NCBI GenBank assembly: GCA_026770705.1
Contig: JANJGN010000021.1
Span: 79,608,001-79,672,000, forward strand
Source: Isurus oxyrinchus
Taxonomy: Eukaryota
DNA: 64,000 nt
Reading direction: 5' to 3'
Below are positions 1-13,909 of this stretch, one piece after another. The notes below the pieces were generated by a model, which saw only the letters and a list, made by a program, of their open reading frames with translations, was not told where the DNA came from and ran no database searches. Within the stretch, counting starts at the first letter, position 1. The number at the start of each line of letters is the position of its first letter. Made by a program: the position numbers and the translations under genes.

Positions 1-273
1 ATGGATAATTATTCAATGATAACCTAAACTTGAAAGCTAATTAGTTAAATACAGAAAAAAGGATGACTGTGATGTAGCTGTAGCACTTGGGACACAATAT
101 TAATTGAACTTAAATTCCCCAGATGCTTTAGTGGAATTTTAACTCATGTTTCCAGATTATCTCTGGATTACAGTGAGCCCTCAGCATTCTATCACTGCCC
201 AGAGGCACGAAGTATGAGGTTTGATTGGTATAAAACAAGATGTGTCAAGGATTATTCCCAGTGGTGTTAGTTC

Positions 274-2365
274 ACATACAAACATACTAAATAGGAGCAG
301 AAGTAGGCCATTTGGCCCCTCAAGCCATCACCGCCATTCAATAAAATCATGGCTGATCTGTTTGTGTTTCGAATTCCACATTCAGATCTACCCCCAATAA
401 TCTTTGATTCCCTCGCTTAACAAGAATCCATCTACCTCTGCTTAAAGATATTCAGTGACCCTGCCTCCACCACCTTCTGAGGCAGAGTTCCAAAATCGCT
501 CAACCCTCAGAAAAAAATTCTCCTCATCTCTATCCTATAAGATCGACCCCTAATTTTAAAACAGTGCCCCCTGGTTTTAGACTCATCCACAAGAGGAAAC
601 TTTTCACATCCACCTTGTCTAGACCATTCAAGACCTTGTATACTTCAATCAATCATCCCTTACGTTTCTAAATTCCAGTGGAAATAAGCCCAGCCTGTCC
701 TACCTATCTCATAAGACAACCTACTCATTCCAGGTATCAGTCCAATAAAGCTCCTCTCAACCGCCTTCAATGCATTTAAAAAAATCATTCACAGGATATG
801 GGCTTCGCTGGCTGGGCCAGCATTTATTGCCCATCCCTATTTGTCCTTGAGAAGGTTGTAGTGAGCTGCCTTCTTGAACCAACGCAGTCCATGTGGTGTA
901 GGTACACCCACAGTGCTGTTCGGGAGGGAGTTCCAAGATTTTGACCCAGCGACAGTGAAGGAACGATGATATATTTCCAAATCAGGATAGTGACTGACTT
1001 CATGGGAAACTTCCAGGCAGTGGTGTTCCCATCTGTTTGCTGACCATGTCCTTCTAGATGGTAGTGGTCATGAGTTTGGAAGGTGCTGTCTAAGAAGCCT
1101 TGCTGAGTTTCTGCAGTGCATGTCGTAACTGGTACACACTGCTGCTAATGTGCACCCAGTGGTGGAGGGAGTGAATGTTTGTCGATATGGTGCCAATCAA
1201 GTGGGCTGCTTTGTCCTGGATGGTGTCAAGCTTCTTGAGTGTTGTTGGAGCTGCAATCATCCAGGCTATTGGACAGTATTTCATCAGACTCCTGACTTTT
1301 GCCTTGTAGACGGTGACAGGCTTTGGAGAGTCAGGGGGTGAATTACTTACCATAGAATTCCTAGCCTCTGACCTGATCTTGTAGCCACAGTACTTATATG
1401 GCTAGTCCAGTTCATTTTCTGGTCAATGGTAACATCCAGAATGTTTTAAGTGGAGATTCAGTGATGGTAATGCCATTGATTGTCAAGGGACAATGGTTAG
1501 ATTCTCTCTTGCTGGAGATGGTCATTGCCTGACACTTGTGTGGTATGAATATTATTTGCCACTTGTCAGCCCAAGCCTGGATATTATCCAGGTCTTGCTG
1601 CATTTGGACATGGACTAATTCAGTATCTGAGGAGTCTTGAATGGTGCTGAACATTGTGCAATCATCAGTGAACATCTCCACTTCTGACCTTATGATGGAA
1701 GGAAGGTCATTGATGAAGCAGCTGAAGATGGTTGGGCCTAGGGCACTACCCTGAGGAACTCCCGCAGTGATGTCCTGGAGCTGAGATGACTGACTTCCAA
1801 CAACCACAACCACCTTCTTTTGTGCCAGGTATGACTCCAACCATTGGAGAGTTTTCCCCCTGATTCCCATCGACTGCAGTTTTGCTCGAGCCCCTTGATG
1901 CTACACTCGGCCAAATGCGGCTTTGATGTCAAGGGCAGTCATTCTCACCTCACCTCTGGAGTTGAGTTCTTTTATCCATGTTTGAACCAAGGCTGTTATT
2001 TACAAGGCTGCACTTACATCCTTCCTTAAGTAGGAAGTCCAAAACTACACACAGTATTTCAGGTGCGGCCTCACCAATGCCTTAACTAAAGCTTAACATC
2101 CTTACTTTTATGTTCAATTCCTCTTATAATGAAGGCCAACATTACATTAGCCCTCTTAATTATTTGCTATACCCGCATACTAACTTTTTGTGACTCATGC
2201 ACAAGAACACCTAGATTTGCCTGCACCTCAGTATTCTGCAGTCATTTTCTATTTAAGTAATACTCTGCTTTTTTATTCTTCCAGCCAAAGTGAACAACGT
2301 CACATTTTCCCACATTAAACACCATCTGCCGATTTTTGCCCACTCACTGAACCTATCTATCACAA
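274..2365 (-). mobile_element. CR1-type LINE 3' fragment interrupted by another LINE (779-1997)
   Basis: Reverse complement matches the RT C-terminus and 3' tail of the CR1 copies at 13910, 46410 and 61540. Confidence 0.8.
779..1997 (-). mobile_element. 5'-truncated LINE (CR1/L2-clade RT, second family)
   Basis: RT motifs GVPQGSALGP and MFTDD; GGGATGGGCAATAAATGCTGGCC-type 3' tail. Confidence 0.85.
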
Positions 2366-2455
2366 TCTGTTTAACTACTGACTTTATAACGATTGGAGAG
2401 TCTTTGGGATAGGCTGGGGCTGTTAATAATCTCCACTGTACACAGATCCAGAATC

Positions 2456-2509
2456 AAACCTTCACCAACATACTCTACCCAGCGACCGATGACTCCTCTA
2501 TCTGATTGG
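2456..2509 (+). promoter_or_regulatory. Orphan S-X1-X2-Y module (candidate distal enhancer)
   Basis: AAACCTT-15nt-CCCAGCGACCGATG(ACTC)-10nt-CTGATTGG. Confidence 0.6.
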
Positions 2510-2984
2510 CTGTGCGGTAGTCAAGATAATGTTTTCACAACATTCTGGTATTAATCAGACTGTGCAATGTGGAGTCGGATGCACCTTCAGAGACAGGGGT
2601 TTTCCAAAAAACCTCCAATTACCAGCGATGCACAACCTGCCCTTCCTCAGAACTACAAACTACAGGAGTCAATGCCAATTTTCATTCCAGTCCCGGGGAC
2701 AGGAAGGGTTGATAAGGTGACTGGGAAAAGAACCAGAGGCCACATGACAAAACTTCTTTTACACAATGTGTGGTTAGGATTTCTATTTAAGTAATACTCT
2801 GTTTTTTTATTCTTCCAGCCAAAGTGAACAACTTCACATTTTCCCACATTAAACACCATCTGCCGATTTTTGCCCACTCACTGAACCTATCTATCACAAT
2901 CTGTTTAACAACCCATATTCTTAGCATGTGGGCATTCCTGGAAAAGCAGGCACTTGTTGCCCATCCATAATTCCCCTTGAATCA

Positions 2985-3310
2985 TAAAATCATAAAATAG
3001 TCCAGCACAGAATGAGATGATTCGGCTCATTAAATCTGCGTTGACTCAAAGAGCAATCCAATTGTTCCCACTTACCTGCTCTTTTCCCATATCTCTGCAA
3101 AATTTTCTTCTTCAAGCAACTATACAATTCCCTAGTGAGGGTTATTATTGAATCTGCATCCACCGCCCTAACAGACAGTGCATTCCAAATCCTAACCACA
3201 CATTGTGTAAAAGAAGTTTTGTCATGTGGCCTCTGGTTCTTTTCCCAGTCATCTTATCAACCCTTCCTCCATTAGAAACAGTTTGTCCTTATTTACTCCA
3301 TCTAAATCCT
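2985..3310 (-). mobile_element. CR1-type LINE 3' end
   Basis: VVRIWNAL...VDADSI motif and short tandem tail. Confidence 0.7.
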
Positions 3311-3386
3311 TATTTTAAACGTTCAACATGCTGAGCATATCCAACATTTTCTATTTTTAGGCGGAAACTTCTGTTCTGGAGACTAA

Positions 3387-5528
3387 GGGTGGAATTGTCT
3401 CAAATTTGCACTATGTGGAAGTGGGTGGGAAAAAGTATTTCTTACCCGACAGCTGTCATGGTGTCTTTTTGTGCCGTATTGACCCGTTCCTTGTGTATCC
3501 GGCCTAATTCATTGTGCATTCCCGGGAAACACGTCAATATTCGCATACCCCGCCGTCATCTCAGGTCTTCAGTAAACCGGACGCCATATTTGAAGGCCAC
3601 CCCTGCACAGAGCCAGCTCTCTTCAAGGGATAGGAAGATCCTGGGACTTGATGGCTGCCAAAGGGAGGAAACATGCTGCCCCCAGATTTAGCCATGCCTC
3701 CATCGAGTGCCTATTGGACACATTGAAAGCCCGTCACAAAGTCCTCTACTCCCCGCTCTGGGCTGAGACCAGCAAGCCAGGTCACCAATCCAGCATGGGT
3801 GGCGGTGGCAGCGGTGGTCAGTGCCAAAAAAGGATAAATGCTCTCATCTTCTCCACCAGGGTAAGTCACTCTTCTCATCACTCCCAACTCACACACTTAC
3901 AAACCCATCACTCATCCACAGGGATCTCACACCTCAAGGAACAACACCACTAACTCTCACACACACCCTCACATCTCCATCAGGCCTAAATCCTCTTGAG
4001 CTTGGGTCCTCATCCCATCCATGGCCCTACTCACCACACAAACGTTTCACGTAGTGCCATGTGTCCTGCTCGCACTCTCACGATCTGTTTTCATGCAGGA
4101 GAAACTGGTTCACAACAGAGGACCCAGACTGGGGGTGGATGGGCCACATTAGGCCCCTCATTCACTTTGAGGAGTGTGTCATCGCATTGACTGGTGAGGA
4201 CGTGGACTGTGCCTGCAGTGACGGTGAGGTTGGCGATGAACGCCCACGTGAGAATCCTGCACCACATCGTCCCTATCTCAACACAACTGTGAGAGCTCTC
4301 TCTCCTGCTTTTGACTCTGCTGCCATGCATTAATTATCTCTACTTTATCTCACAGGGAGCTCTGCCAAGCGACTGACACCCTCAGCCAGCCATCCAGTCC
4401 CTCAGCTCCATCCAGGTCCTCACCTCCAGCCAAGAGGACACCTCCTCCAGTGAAGAGGTGGAAATAAGCAACCTAGAAGACCCATCACAACGTTTACCCA
4501 CACCCTTCTCCAGCGCAAAGACACATACCTCGGTGGGTCCTAGATCTAGAGCAGGCTCGGGTTCACAATCAGGCGGTCACTGCTTGTATCCACAGCAGGA
4601 GGTAGGTTTGACTGAGCTCCTCACAGCCTTTAAAAAGTACCTGGATGAATACTTGGCACGTCATAACATTCAAGGCTATGGGCCAAGTGCTGGTAAATGG
4701 GATTAAGTAGGTAGGTCAGGTATTTCTCACGTGTCAGTGTAGACTCGATGGGCCGAAGGGCCTTTTCTGCACTGTGATTCTGTGATTCTCTGTGATTCTG
4801 TGAACTCTCCCCCTTACACCTACCTCCCCAGTTGCTGCATTCTCCCCCATTACACCCTCCTTCCTCCATACTCCCTCCCCTGCCCGACCTCAACCCCCCA
4901 CCCCTGACACATTTGCTCCCCCCATCCAACGTCATCACCCTCCCCGGTACACCTTCCTCTCCTACTCACACCTGGACCTTCCTCTTCCCCCCCTCGCCAA
5001 TCATCCGTAGCAGCCCATGGCCAGGACCGTGACATTCCGAAGCAGACCCCAGACATCAACAGAGACCTCCCACCTTCCGTGAGCTGCTTCGTGGTGGAGC
5101 CATGTCCATGAGAATCCTCCCAGCATGCAATGCACATGTTCCTCCAGAGACTGGTAGCTGTAGGGCTCCAGCATCTACTGCCCCTCAGATGTCTGCAATG
5201 TGCAGCAGGACTTGACGGGTAAGTCCCGACTTCTGCACGTCACACTAATTAAGGCATGTTCTGGGCCGGCCTGTTTTCCCACCGACATGGGCGGTAAATT
5301 TGACATGGGGAGATGATTCCAATGGGCAAGTAAGATGATGAGATGCAAGCGCATTGAAATAAGGTTCCTGATGTTGATTGGCGGGAAAGGTGGATCGCCA
5401 TTGATGGGCGGAGTGCATGATGGCTAACTGGTTTCACGATGGCATAAAACTGATTTTGGCCACTTGCCACATTGTCCACTCACGCCTGCCATGATACCAC
5501 ATGTCAACTGGGCTGGAAAATTCCAGCC
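3387..5528 (+). mobile_element. PIF/Harbinger-type DNA transposon, non-autonomous, with Myb/SANT-like ORF remnant
   Basis: Termini GGGTGGAATT / AATTCCAGCC (9/10 inverted match) flanked by TAA at 3384-86 and 5529-31. ORF MAAKGRKHAAPRFSHASIECLL resembles Harbinger Myb-like proteins. A LINE tail is nested at about 4627-4800. Confidence 0.72.
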
Positions 5529-6403
5529 TAAGTGTGGTGGCAGACAAGAAAGTCGGTGTGATTCGTGCGAGCTGTTAGTGTGGATTCTTGCATCAGATTG
5601 TCTGCTTTTCAGCTTCTTATTTATGCATCAACAAGAAGCTTGTCAAACCTTGTGGCTGGGATTTGTCGCTCCTGCCTCATGGGATTGAATGTCCAGGCAC
5701 CACACACACATTCACTCTCTGCAGCCCAGGAATTGTTTTGGCGAATGATACACCCTCATCCCTCCAACCCAAAGAAACAAGCCCTCCGACACCAAATTTA
5801 GTGATAGGTCCCTGGAGTGACACCTCCAGGCAGTCCAGGACCAGCAGGGGATCCTCTATCCTCAGGCCTCCATTGGACATGATAAGATCACCTCAGACAA
5901 CAGGGCCTACTCCCACTGGAGTACGGGTTCCCCACGGGCACTGACTCTCCCCAGGGTATGGGTCACTCCCTCACAGGCACCGACATTCCCTGGGTGTATA
6001 GGTCCCCCCAAGGGATCCGACCTTCCCAGGGGCCTCCCTACAGGACACTCCAAGGTAGTCCAGCTGCTTCAAATCCCTCTCCCCTGTCAGGAGGCTGCGG
6101 ATGTTGGGGATGCACCAATGTGTAGCGGTAGATTTAGAAAAATTAAGCAGTACTGAGAGGTGGCCTGGGTGTCCAATCACTTTGCAGCTTCATGAATATA
6201 TTTTGCTTTTCTGCCTCAAAGTCGCTGCTAGTGAATGGCTCTTCTATGTGATGCAATGTTCTGAGGTCATCCAAGTGTAACAGATGCCTCCCCCCTCCTC
6301 ATGTATCTCCCGTTGTATGTCTCAGTTCTATGTTATCTTGCTCAATCTCAGCTCAGTTTATGTTCATATAAGCGAAATGAACAAAGCCAGTTCCTATTTG
6401 AAC

Positions 6404-6600
6404 TTGAAAACAAAAAATGCTGGAAAAACTCAACAGGCCTGTCAGCATCTGTGGAAAGAGAGAGACAAAGTTAATGTTTCGAGTCCATATAACTCTTCAT
6501 TGTTAACTCTGTCTCTCTCTCCACAGATGCTGTCAGATCTGCTGAGTTTTTCCAGCATTTTTTGTTTTCATTTCAGATTTCCTGCATCCGCAGTATTTTT
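6404..6600. mobile_element. Fold-back mini-element made of two inverted Penelope-like 3' ends
   Basis: Inverted copies of the CAGATGCTG..CTGCTGAGTTTTTCCAGCATTT tail, flanked by a TTCCTAT(T/A)TGAAC duplication. Confidence 0.7.
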
Positions 6601-8149
6601 CCTATATGAACATGGTGGTTGGACAATGCATATGTAAGCCTCATGTCATAGGATCATTTAATATGGCCTCATGGATGTAGATTTTGGAAAGTTTCTTATT
6701 ATCCTGGTGCAGCTGCTCTGGAGTCTATTCTGTAGTTGTTATAGTTCTTGAATGTGACCTGCGTTGGAGTCATTCCAATCAAGAGCACTTTTCAATGGCT
6801 TCCATGTAATTACTGTCAGTTTGGGTTCCATTTAAATAATCACTGAGGACCATAGCCTGCCAGGCTGCAGTGTTAACTTGTGGCCGTGTTCACTGATAAA
6901 CATTATATTAATTCCCTCTTTCCACATACGTGATGCAGAGCAATGGAAATAGTTTGCACTTGGTGACTCTTGAATCGACTACGAGACAGCAATGAGTCTG
7001 CAATGTTATAGGTGTGTGCCTAGTTTCATGATGCCGGCCTATTACATGTGGGGACGCTAGTGTGCACCTGATGGCCTGGCTAATCCCTGTGCCAGGTCTC
7101 AGAAGGGCAATCGCCATGGTTCTCTAAACGTGACAGTGTCATCAGTGTTTTAGGCTTCCTCGTACATATTGCTATCTGGCAGAATGAAAATGTGGAGGAC
7201 TGTAACTGTAATGTGGAGACTCTAATGGGATGAGAATGAAGCTCATATACATGTCCTGCATGGTCTTTAGTATTTACAAGGCTACTAATTTATACTTAAA
7301 CGCTGTGTTGAGACTGTGCCACAGCTCTCCCAGTTGCCAAGGTAATGCTGGATGTGAACTTGGGAAGCTCCTGGTGTGGGCAGGGTCATGAGTGTTTGTC
7401 AATGATCATATGATGGTCCACTGAAGCACTCCATGTCCTTACATAGTTAAGGTGACTCACAGATCACAGCACCCTGAAGAGTGATGTCATCCTGGGGGCT
7501 CAGCATCAGGATGAGGCCTGAGTGTTATTCATGCATGAGGGATGGCATTTGGAGAGATGCTGCTGTTGGATTTAGATCAGTCCTCAGGCGGTCAAGCAAT
7601 AACCAGTGACTGAGGATTGTCCTCCTTGAGGCACCTTGCAACACTCCAGGCATACTGCCATGAATGCACTGAGGTTCACAGTGCTGCTCCTGCCTCTTGA
7701 AGGCTGCCTTGGGCAGTCAAATATTGGCACAATCCTTGAAAGGACTGGAACATGTCCATTTGCTGCAGATTGAGCGCTGGTGGAGTTCTTATCCCATTAT
7801 GGAAGGGCCATATTCTCCATAGGGTGCCTAGCCTTCCGGGGATGAAGCAAAATTGTGACTATTCACTCTAAGATTGATGTCCTTCATTGAGATGTTGAGG
7901 ATCACAAAGAAGGTTAATGTCTACCCTGCATTGGAAGGACAGGTGAAATGCCCTCTCATGAGCTTGTCTTCTTCATCACCCTGGAACCTTGCCACTGTAA
8001 GGATCTCATGTACACATCTGCCACATCTTGCCCTTGCAATATTCTTTTCCTGTGGGACCTCATCATGCTCTCTCCCTTCGATATCATCCCTTTCAGCGTC
8101 CTCCTAGAAGACATTCAACTCCTCCATCTCGCCATGTGGCAACTCATAC

Positions 8150-9441
8150 TGTTAGGGTCCTAGCTGATGTTACTATAGGACAAGCCAGGTCCCAGGGTGG
8201 AACCTGACTTGATAGATCCTAATTTTTATTTGTTTGTTTAGATACGTGGAGAGTAGCTACTGAACAGAGTCACAGGAGTCAGCTGATGAACTTTTAACAA
8301 AAGAATAAAATATTTATTAAACAAGAAAAGATGAACTATATTACAATACTCCTTCATTCACAACTATACCTTTACAGATACTCAGACTCATAAGGATAAC
8401 ACAAGTTACAAAAGGTAGCTTATTCTCTCATGATCACAGTAAGTGCACAGTCCATGTAAACCAATAGGTGACCTGTGGTCAGGCACACCACACACTGAAA
8501 CCAAGTGACAGAGGCCATCCCAACCAGATGCTATAGATCCCTGATCAATTCCCTCCAGACACTTGTCACACCATGAGCCAACTGGTCTCACAGAATTCTG
8601 TCTTTCATACGAGGGTTTTTGATCTCCACTCTCCAAGACCTCGCATTGGAATCTTCTCTCAAACTGACGGTTTCTCTCAGATGCCTTCCACAAGGATCTA
8701 CCTCCAGGGCTTCAAACTCTCCTTCCGATGTTCCTCTCCCCTGGATCGCCATGTGCATTCAAGCTTCCTTCCACGCACTCTCTCTGATATACTCAGCCAT
8801 ATCAACAGAACACCACTACTTCACATGCACACAGTAAAGAGTTACAGGCCTTAGGCTGTCTCCTTTTAAGCTTGGAGCCTTCCTCTCTGCTCTTTGCTTT
8901 TACTTCCACTGAACAGGATTTTTTCCATGTTCTTGCCCTTCTCTTGACTAAAATACCTTCTTGGGACCCCTCCTTTCTGTCTCATTCCTTGGCTTTGGGA
9001 TCTTTCTGTTCTTTTGGGAAATCTGTTCTCTCAGCAGTTCCCTCTGCTATATCCGTTTCTTCTGGCTCCTGGCTTCAACTTTAGCTTGGGACTTGCTATC
9101 TGTCTGTCTCCTTTGCTGCTCCTACTGGCAACTCCTTTCTACTTATTGCACAATGACCAACTGAACTCAAACTGCTTTTCTGTTTCTCTCTGTGTCCATG
9201 TGTGGGGCTCCTGTTGCTAGGCAACAGCCTAGCTTTTTCTACCTTGTGTTTGTTTTAACTCCCCTTCAACAGTCGTAAAATTTCATTAAAATTCAGGCAT
9301 CTTTTAAAGTGAAACTAAAATTCAAGTTCCCCCTTTCTTAACACCAATACAGAAACTCAAATTAAACTTAAACCTAAAACTCATTCCTAACACCCACAAA
9401 TACACATATAATGTACTTAAAACTACCTCTAGCTCCTAACA
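8150..9441. mobile_element. Solo LTR (1292 bp)
   Basis: TGTTAGG...CCTAACA termini; 4-bp TSD ATAC (8146-49, 9442-45). Confidence 0.85.
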
Positions 9442-11314
9442 ATACCACCTTTGGAACGCCAGGTTGTGTAGGGAGCAGCAAACCTCGGTGATGCGGGACA
9501 TTCTCTGGGGAGGGTACCGGAGAGTGCCACCTGATTGGTCCATACATCTGGAATGAATCTTCAATATGTCAATGTTCTGCTCAATGAAGGAACTTGTTGC
9601 AGAATGTGCTGCATTGTACCTCTCCTCTCAAGTGCTCTGTGGCTGTTGAACAGGCATCATTAGCCACATCATTCTGGGTAGCCTTTATCACCCATGACGC
9701 AACCCTGAACATGCTAGGGCCCTCAAAGATCAGTGGCACCTGTGAGTGACTTAAGATGTAAGAATTGCGTGAGTTCCCAGGGCACTTTGCACAGACCTGT
9801 ATAATCTGCTTTCGGTGATCACAGATCAGCTACACATTGAGAGAGTGGAATCCTTTTTAATTTGATAAATCTCACTGGCTTCTGCCAGAGAGCTCTTAAG
9901 ACTCAGTTGATGACACCCTACACTTGTCGGAAGAGAGATAACTGATCTGATAGCCTGGCTGGCTATATCCAGGGAGAATGGGATATAATTGTGTGCCTTA
10001 TTGAACAGAGCATTGGTGACCTCCCTTATACATTTATGAGTGGAGGATTGTGATATTCCACAGAGATCCCCAGTGGAGCACTGGAATGAGATGCTTGCAA
10101 AAACATTGAGTGCAGTGGTCACTTTAAGAGCCAAGGATGGCCTCCCAGGCTGTACGGCATCAGGTCTTCCCGAGGAATGTGGCAGATGTGACCCACAACA
10201 TCACTTGACAAGATAGAAAGTGCCTGTGGCACTGTCTCTCGCCCATCTCCAAGTATGAGAGACATCTTCGGTACACCCTGGATCGTGCTAAATGCCTCCA
10301 TGGAATCGGTCTGACCTCCTCAGTTCCTGGGTCTTGCTGGGTCCCCATTGCCCATGTTCCTCAGGGTAAGGCTCTTCCATTTTCCCTGCCTGAGGGCAAA
10401 GGGCCCATCTTCTCCCCTCAGTTACATCAAAGCCATGAGAAAAGCAGCGTTGTCTGCTGCCTGCACCTTGCCGTCCTTCTCATGTCTGTGGAAAAATTGA
10501 TCAGAGACATGATTGAACATAACTCTGCAATGATCACCTTCCATTGCCAATCTAGGGAGTCACTGTGAAGCCATTGGGCTGTCCTCATTCCAGACATTCC
10601 ATCCCCAGACCCTCCCTTGCAGCTGAAGCACATCCTGAAGGATTACAGGTAGCTGAGCTCCCACTGCCCGCCAACAACCCCACACCCTCCTGGCCACTGC
10701 CTCAAGCATGACAGCTCAGTTACAAAAGGGATCAGATCTGGATGAGTACAGCCAGGCACTGTCAACCTCAGTCAGGGCACTGTCACAAACCATGAGTTAA
10801 GCAGCCCAAATCCTTCAATTAGCATTTGACTCTTCCTAACATGTTTCAGCTGAGCCTTGATCTCCATGTCCTGAGCCGGTAATTATTCGGGTGCCCCTTC
10901 AATTAGCCCAAATGTTCATTAGTCGACTCCTCCCACATGCCCTTAGACTCCTCTGCTGGCGATATTTTTTCCAAGGTTGTTTTTGCACTGTGTCATTCCA
11001 TTGGGCTGTCAAGACAGTTTTGCTACGATTGTACTTTGAGACCAACTTCCAACCTCCCCCTGTTACCATCCAAGTCCCTCCTATCCTTCTAGATCCTGAC
11101 CATATCCAGGTTTCCATTCTTCCAATCACTCTCCTGCCCCTGCCTTTGATCATTGTCATCATTGTCAATATTCCTGTCCTCCCCAAAACCATTTCCTGTC
11201 CATGTCCCCATGCCCCATGTCGATCTCACCCTCCTCCCATCTTGAGGCCCTATACACTGTGACCTACAGGTACAACCCCATGAGACCATCAAGTACCCAT
11301 CCTTACCTACCAGT

Positions 11315-11470
11315 TAAAAGCAAAATACTGCGGATGCTGGAAATCTGAAACAAAAACAAAAATGCTTGAAAAGTTCAGCAGGTCTGACAGCATCTGTGCA
11401 GAGAGAAACAGAGTTAATGTTTCGAGTCTGTATGACTCTTATTCAGAGCTAAGGAGAAGTACAAATGTAC
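11315..11470 (-). mobile_element. Penelope-like 3' terminal fragment with decayed hammerhead motif
   Basis: Similar to the tail at 15867-16010. Confidence 0.7.
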
Positions 11471-12114
11471 TTTTGTACTTCCCCCTCCCTGGACCGGGAT
11501 CAAGACATGCATGCCAGGCATAGCCCTGTAACATGATCTGCACTGACTCAGGACTGCCTTTAAATTCTGACCTGACAATGTGGTCCACACTGCCCCAGGA
11601 CAGTCTTTAGATTCTGGCCCTGGCATTGTGCACTGCGCTGCCCCAGGTCTGACTCACACTTATCCATGCTCTTCTTTTAACCCCCACCCCCACTCATGTG
11701 TCTCTGTCCACCTCTCCCCTCCCGGATTCCAGTCAATGTCCCAAGTCTAATTTTCCACTGATGAGGCAATTAGATTTGGAGGGGGAACATGATTCCGGAG
11801 AGCTGGGTTTTTAATGAGCATTCATGAGATGCAAAGAGATGCAAATACAGTTTCGGATATAATGCAGTGGTCAACCCAACCCACCGTGAAAGTTGGGAAG
11901 GGATGATTCCAACTTATTTTCCTGCTGGCGGAAAGCTAACTTTTGCCATCACGCCAAATTTTGTGCCTCCACCTTCCACGATTCTCGCCGCTAGCAGGAC
12001 TGGAAAATTCCATGCTTTATTTCAGATTTCCAGCATCTGCAGCATTTTGCTTTTGTCATGTAAGTAAGGAGCAGTGCTGATCTCTCCCTGGGCAATAATT
12101 GCAAACCAACTTTA

Positions 12115-12157
12115 CCCAGCAACTAATGACACCGTTCAGGAACTGGCATTTCATTGG
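12115..12157 (+). promoter_or_regulatory. Orphan X1-X2-Y module (candidate distal enhancer)
   Basis: CCCAGCAACTAATG(ACAC)-21nt-TTCATTGG. Confidence 0.6.
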
Positions 12158-12519
12158 TCAGTCCCAGCTATTCCTCACATTCCAACCTGGTGAAATTCCA
12201 TTTCTGATTCAGTTAAAATCTCTGTTCAGTGCTGATAGGATCAATGACATTGAGTGGGAGCCAGAGGCTTTCACATGAAACTTCCCCTAGACCAGGAAAT
12301 ATTTCAAGTTCCTACCCACTCATTACTGAGACTTACAACCTCACTGCAGGTATTGACTGGTTAGCAAGACATATGTGAATGTGAATTAATCTCAGCGGGG
12401 TAATCCCCAGTTCTTTATCACACTGAAACAATAACCCTTCACTATACAAACTGTTAACCTCAGTCATTACAGAATAATTTCATCCTGTGAAATGTGAATG
12501 AATTTTACCGACAGTATAA

Positions 12520-13680
12520 GAACATATGGACATTAGAAATAGGGGCAATAGGGCACCATACAGCCCATTGAGTCTGTTCCGCCATTCAGTGTGATCATGG
12601 CTGAATTTCACTTTTCCAACCGTTCCCCATAACCTTCGATTCCTTCAGCGATCAAAAATCTGTCTTAGCCTTAAGTATATTCCATGATGCCACATCCACA
12701 ACCCTCTGGGATACAGAATTTCAAAGACTCACCACGTTTTGAGTGGATAAATTTTTCCTCATCTCAGTCCTAAATGATTGGCCCTTTATCCTGAAATTGT
12801 GTCCCCGTGTTCTAGATTCCCCAGCCTGTCCATCTTAAATGTCCACCCTCTCAAGCTCCTTCAGAATCGTGCCTGTTTCAATGAGATCACCTCTCATTCT
12901 TCTAAACTCCAGAGAGTATAGGCCAAATGACTCAGCCTCTCCTCATAGGACAACCCTGTCATCCCAGGGAGCAATATAGTGGACCTTCCATGTATTGCCT
13001 CAAATGCGAGTATATCCTTTCTTAAATATGGAGACCAAAACTGCATGCTGTTCTCTAGGTGTGATCTCGCCAAAATCCTGGATAATTGTAGCAAAGCTTC
13101 TTTTTCCTGTACACCAATCTCCTTGTATTAAAAGCCTACATGTTATTTGTCTTCTTAATTGCTTGCTGTACCTGCATGCTAACTTTCTGTGTTCCTTGTA
13201 TAAGTACACCCAAGTCCCTCTGAATATCAATAATTACAAGTTTCATGCCTTCTAAAAAGTATTCTGCTTTTCTATTCACCCTATCAAAATAAATAATTTC
13301 ACTGTTCCACACATTATACTACTTCTGCCACATTGTTGCCAACTCACTTAACCTGCCTTTTTCTCTTTGCAGCCTCTTTGTGTCCTCCTCGCAGCTTAAA
13401 TTCCCAACAAGCTTTGTATCATCAGCAAACTTAGATGCATTATTCTGTCTCTTCATCCAAGTCATTGATATAGATTGTAAATAGCTGAGACCCAGCATTG
13501 ATCCTTGCAACACGGTACTAGTAACAAACTGCTAGCTTGAAATGCCCCATTTATTCCTGCTCTTTGTTTTCTGTCTCGTAACCAATCCTCTATCCATGTT
13601 AATATATTATGCCCAACTCCATGATCTTGTATATTAATCTTTAGTGTGGCAGGTTATTAAATGCTTTTTGAAATGCCAAC
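12520..13680 (-). mobile_element. CR1-type LINE, truncated
   Basis: KFADDTK and QFWSPYLRKD motifs; several frameshifts. Confidence 0.85.
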
Positions 13681-13909
13681 AGTTTAATTTTATTTTCCTC
13701 ACTGGTGGGTTTGTAGGCCGGGGGTGACTGTATTTCTCGAATGCCCTTCCCACCGGACTCCCGTCCGCTCTAACCTCTCTGCAATTTTACATTGGGATGG
13801 ATGTTGGGATCACATTCACTGGACAGTATGATGCAGACTGTCCCTCACTACACTGGAGTCTGATCACATTCACTGGACAATACAGTGCAAACTGTCCCTC
13901 ATTAAACTA

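Larger units (their letters stand above)
7900..12012 (-). mobile_element. Degenerate Harbinger transposase (HARBI1-like) element, split by a solo LTR
   Basis: ALKVTTALNVFAS..FQ..TGDLCGISQSSTHKCIREVTNALF, DKGYP and YNAAH motifs, with frameshifts. Terminus CTGGAAAATTCCA near 12000-12012. Left boundary uncertain. Confidence 0.75.

Noticed and set aside
9440-10300. Host HARBI1 gene
   Set aside because: Multiple frameshifts and an LTR insertion; it is a decayed transposon copy.
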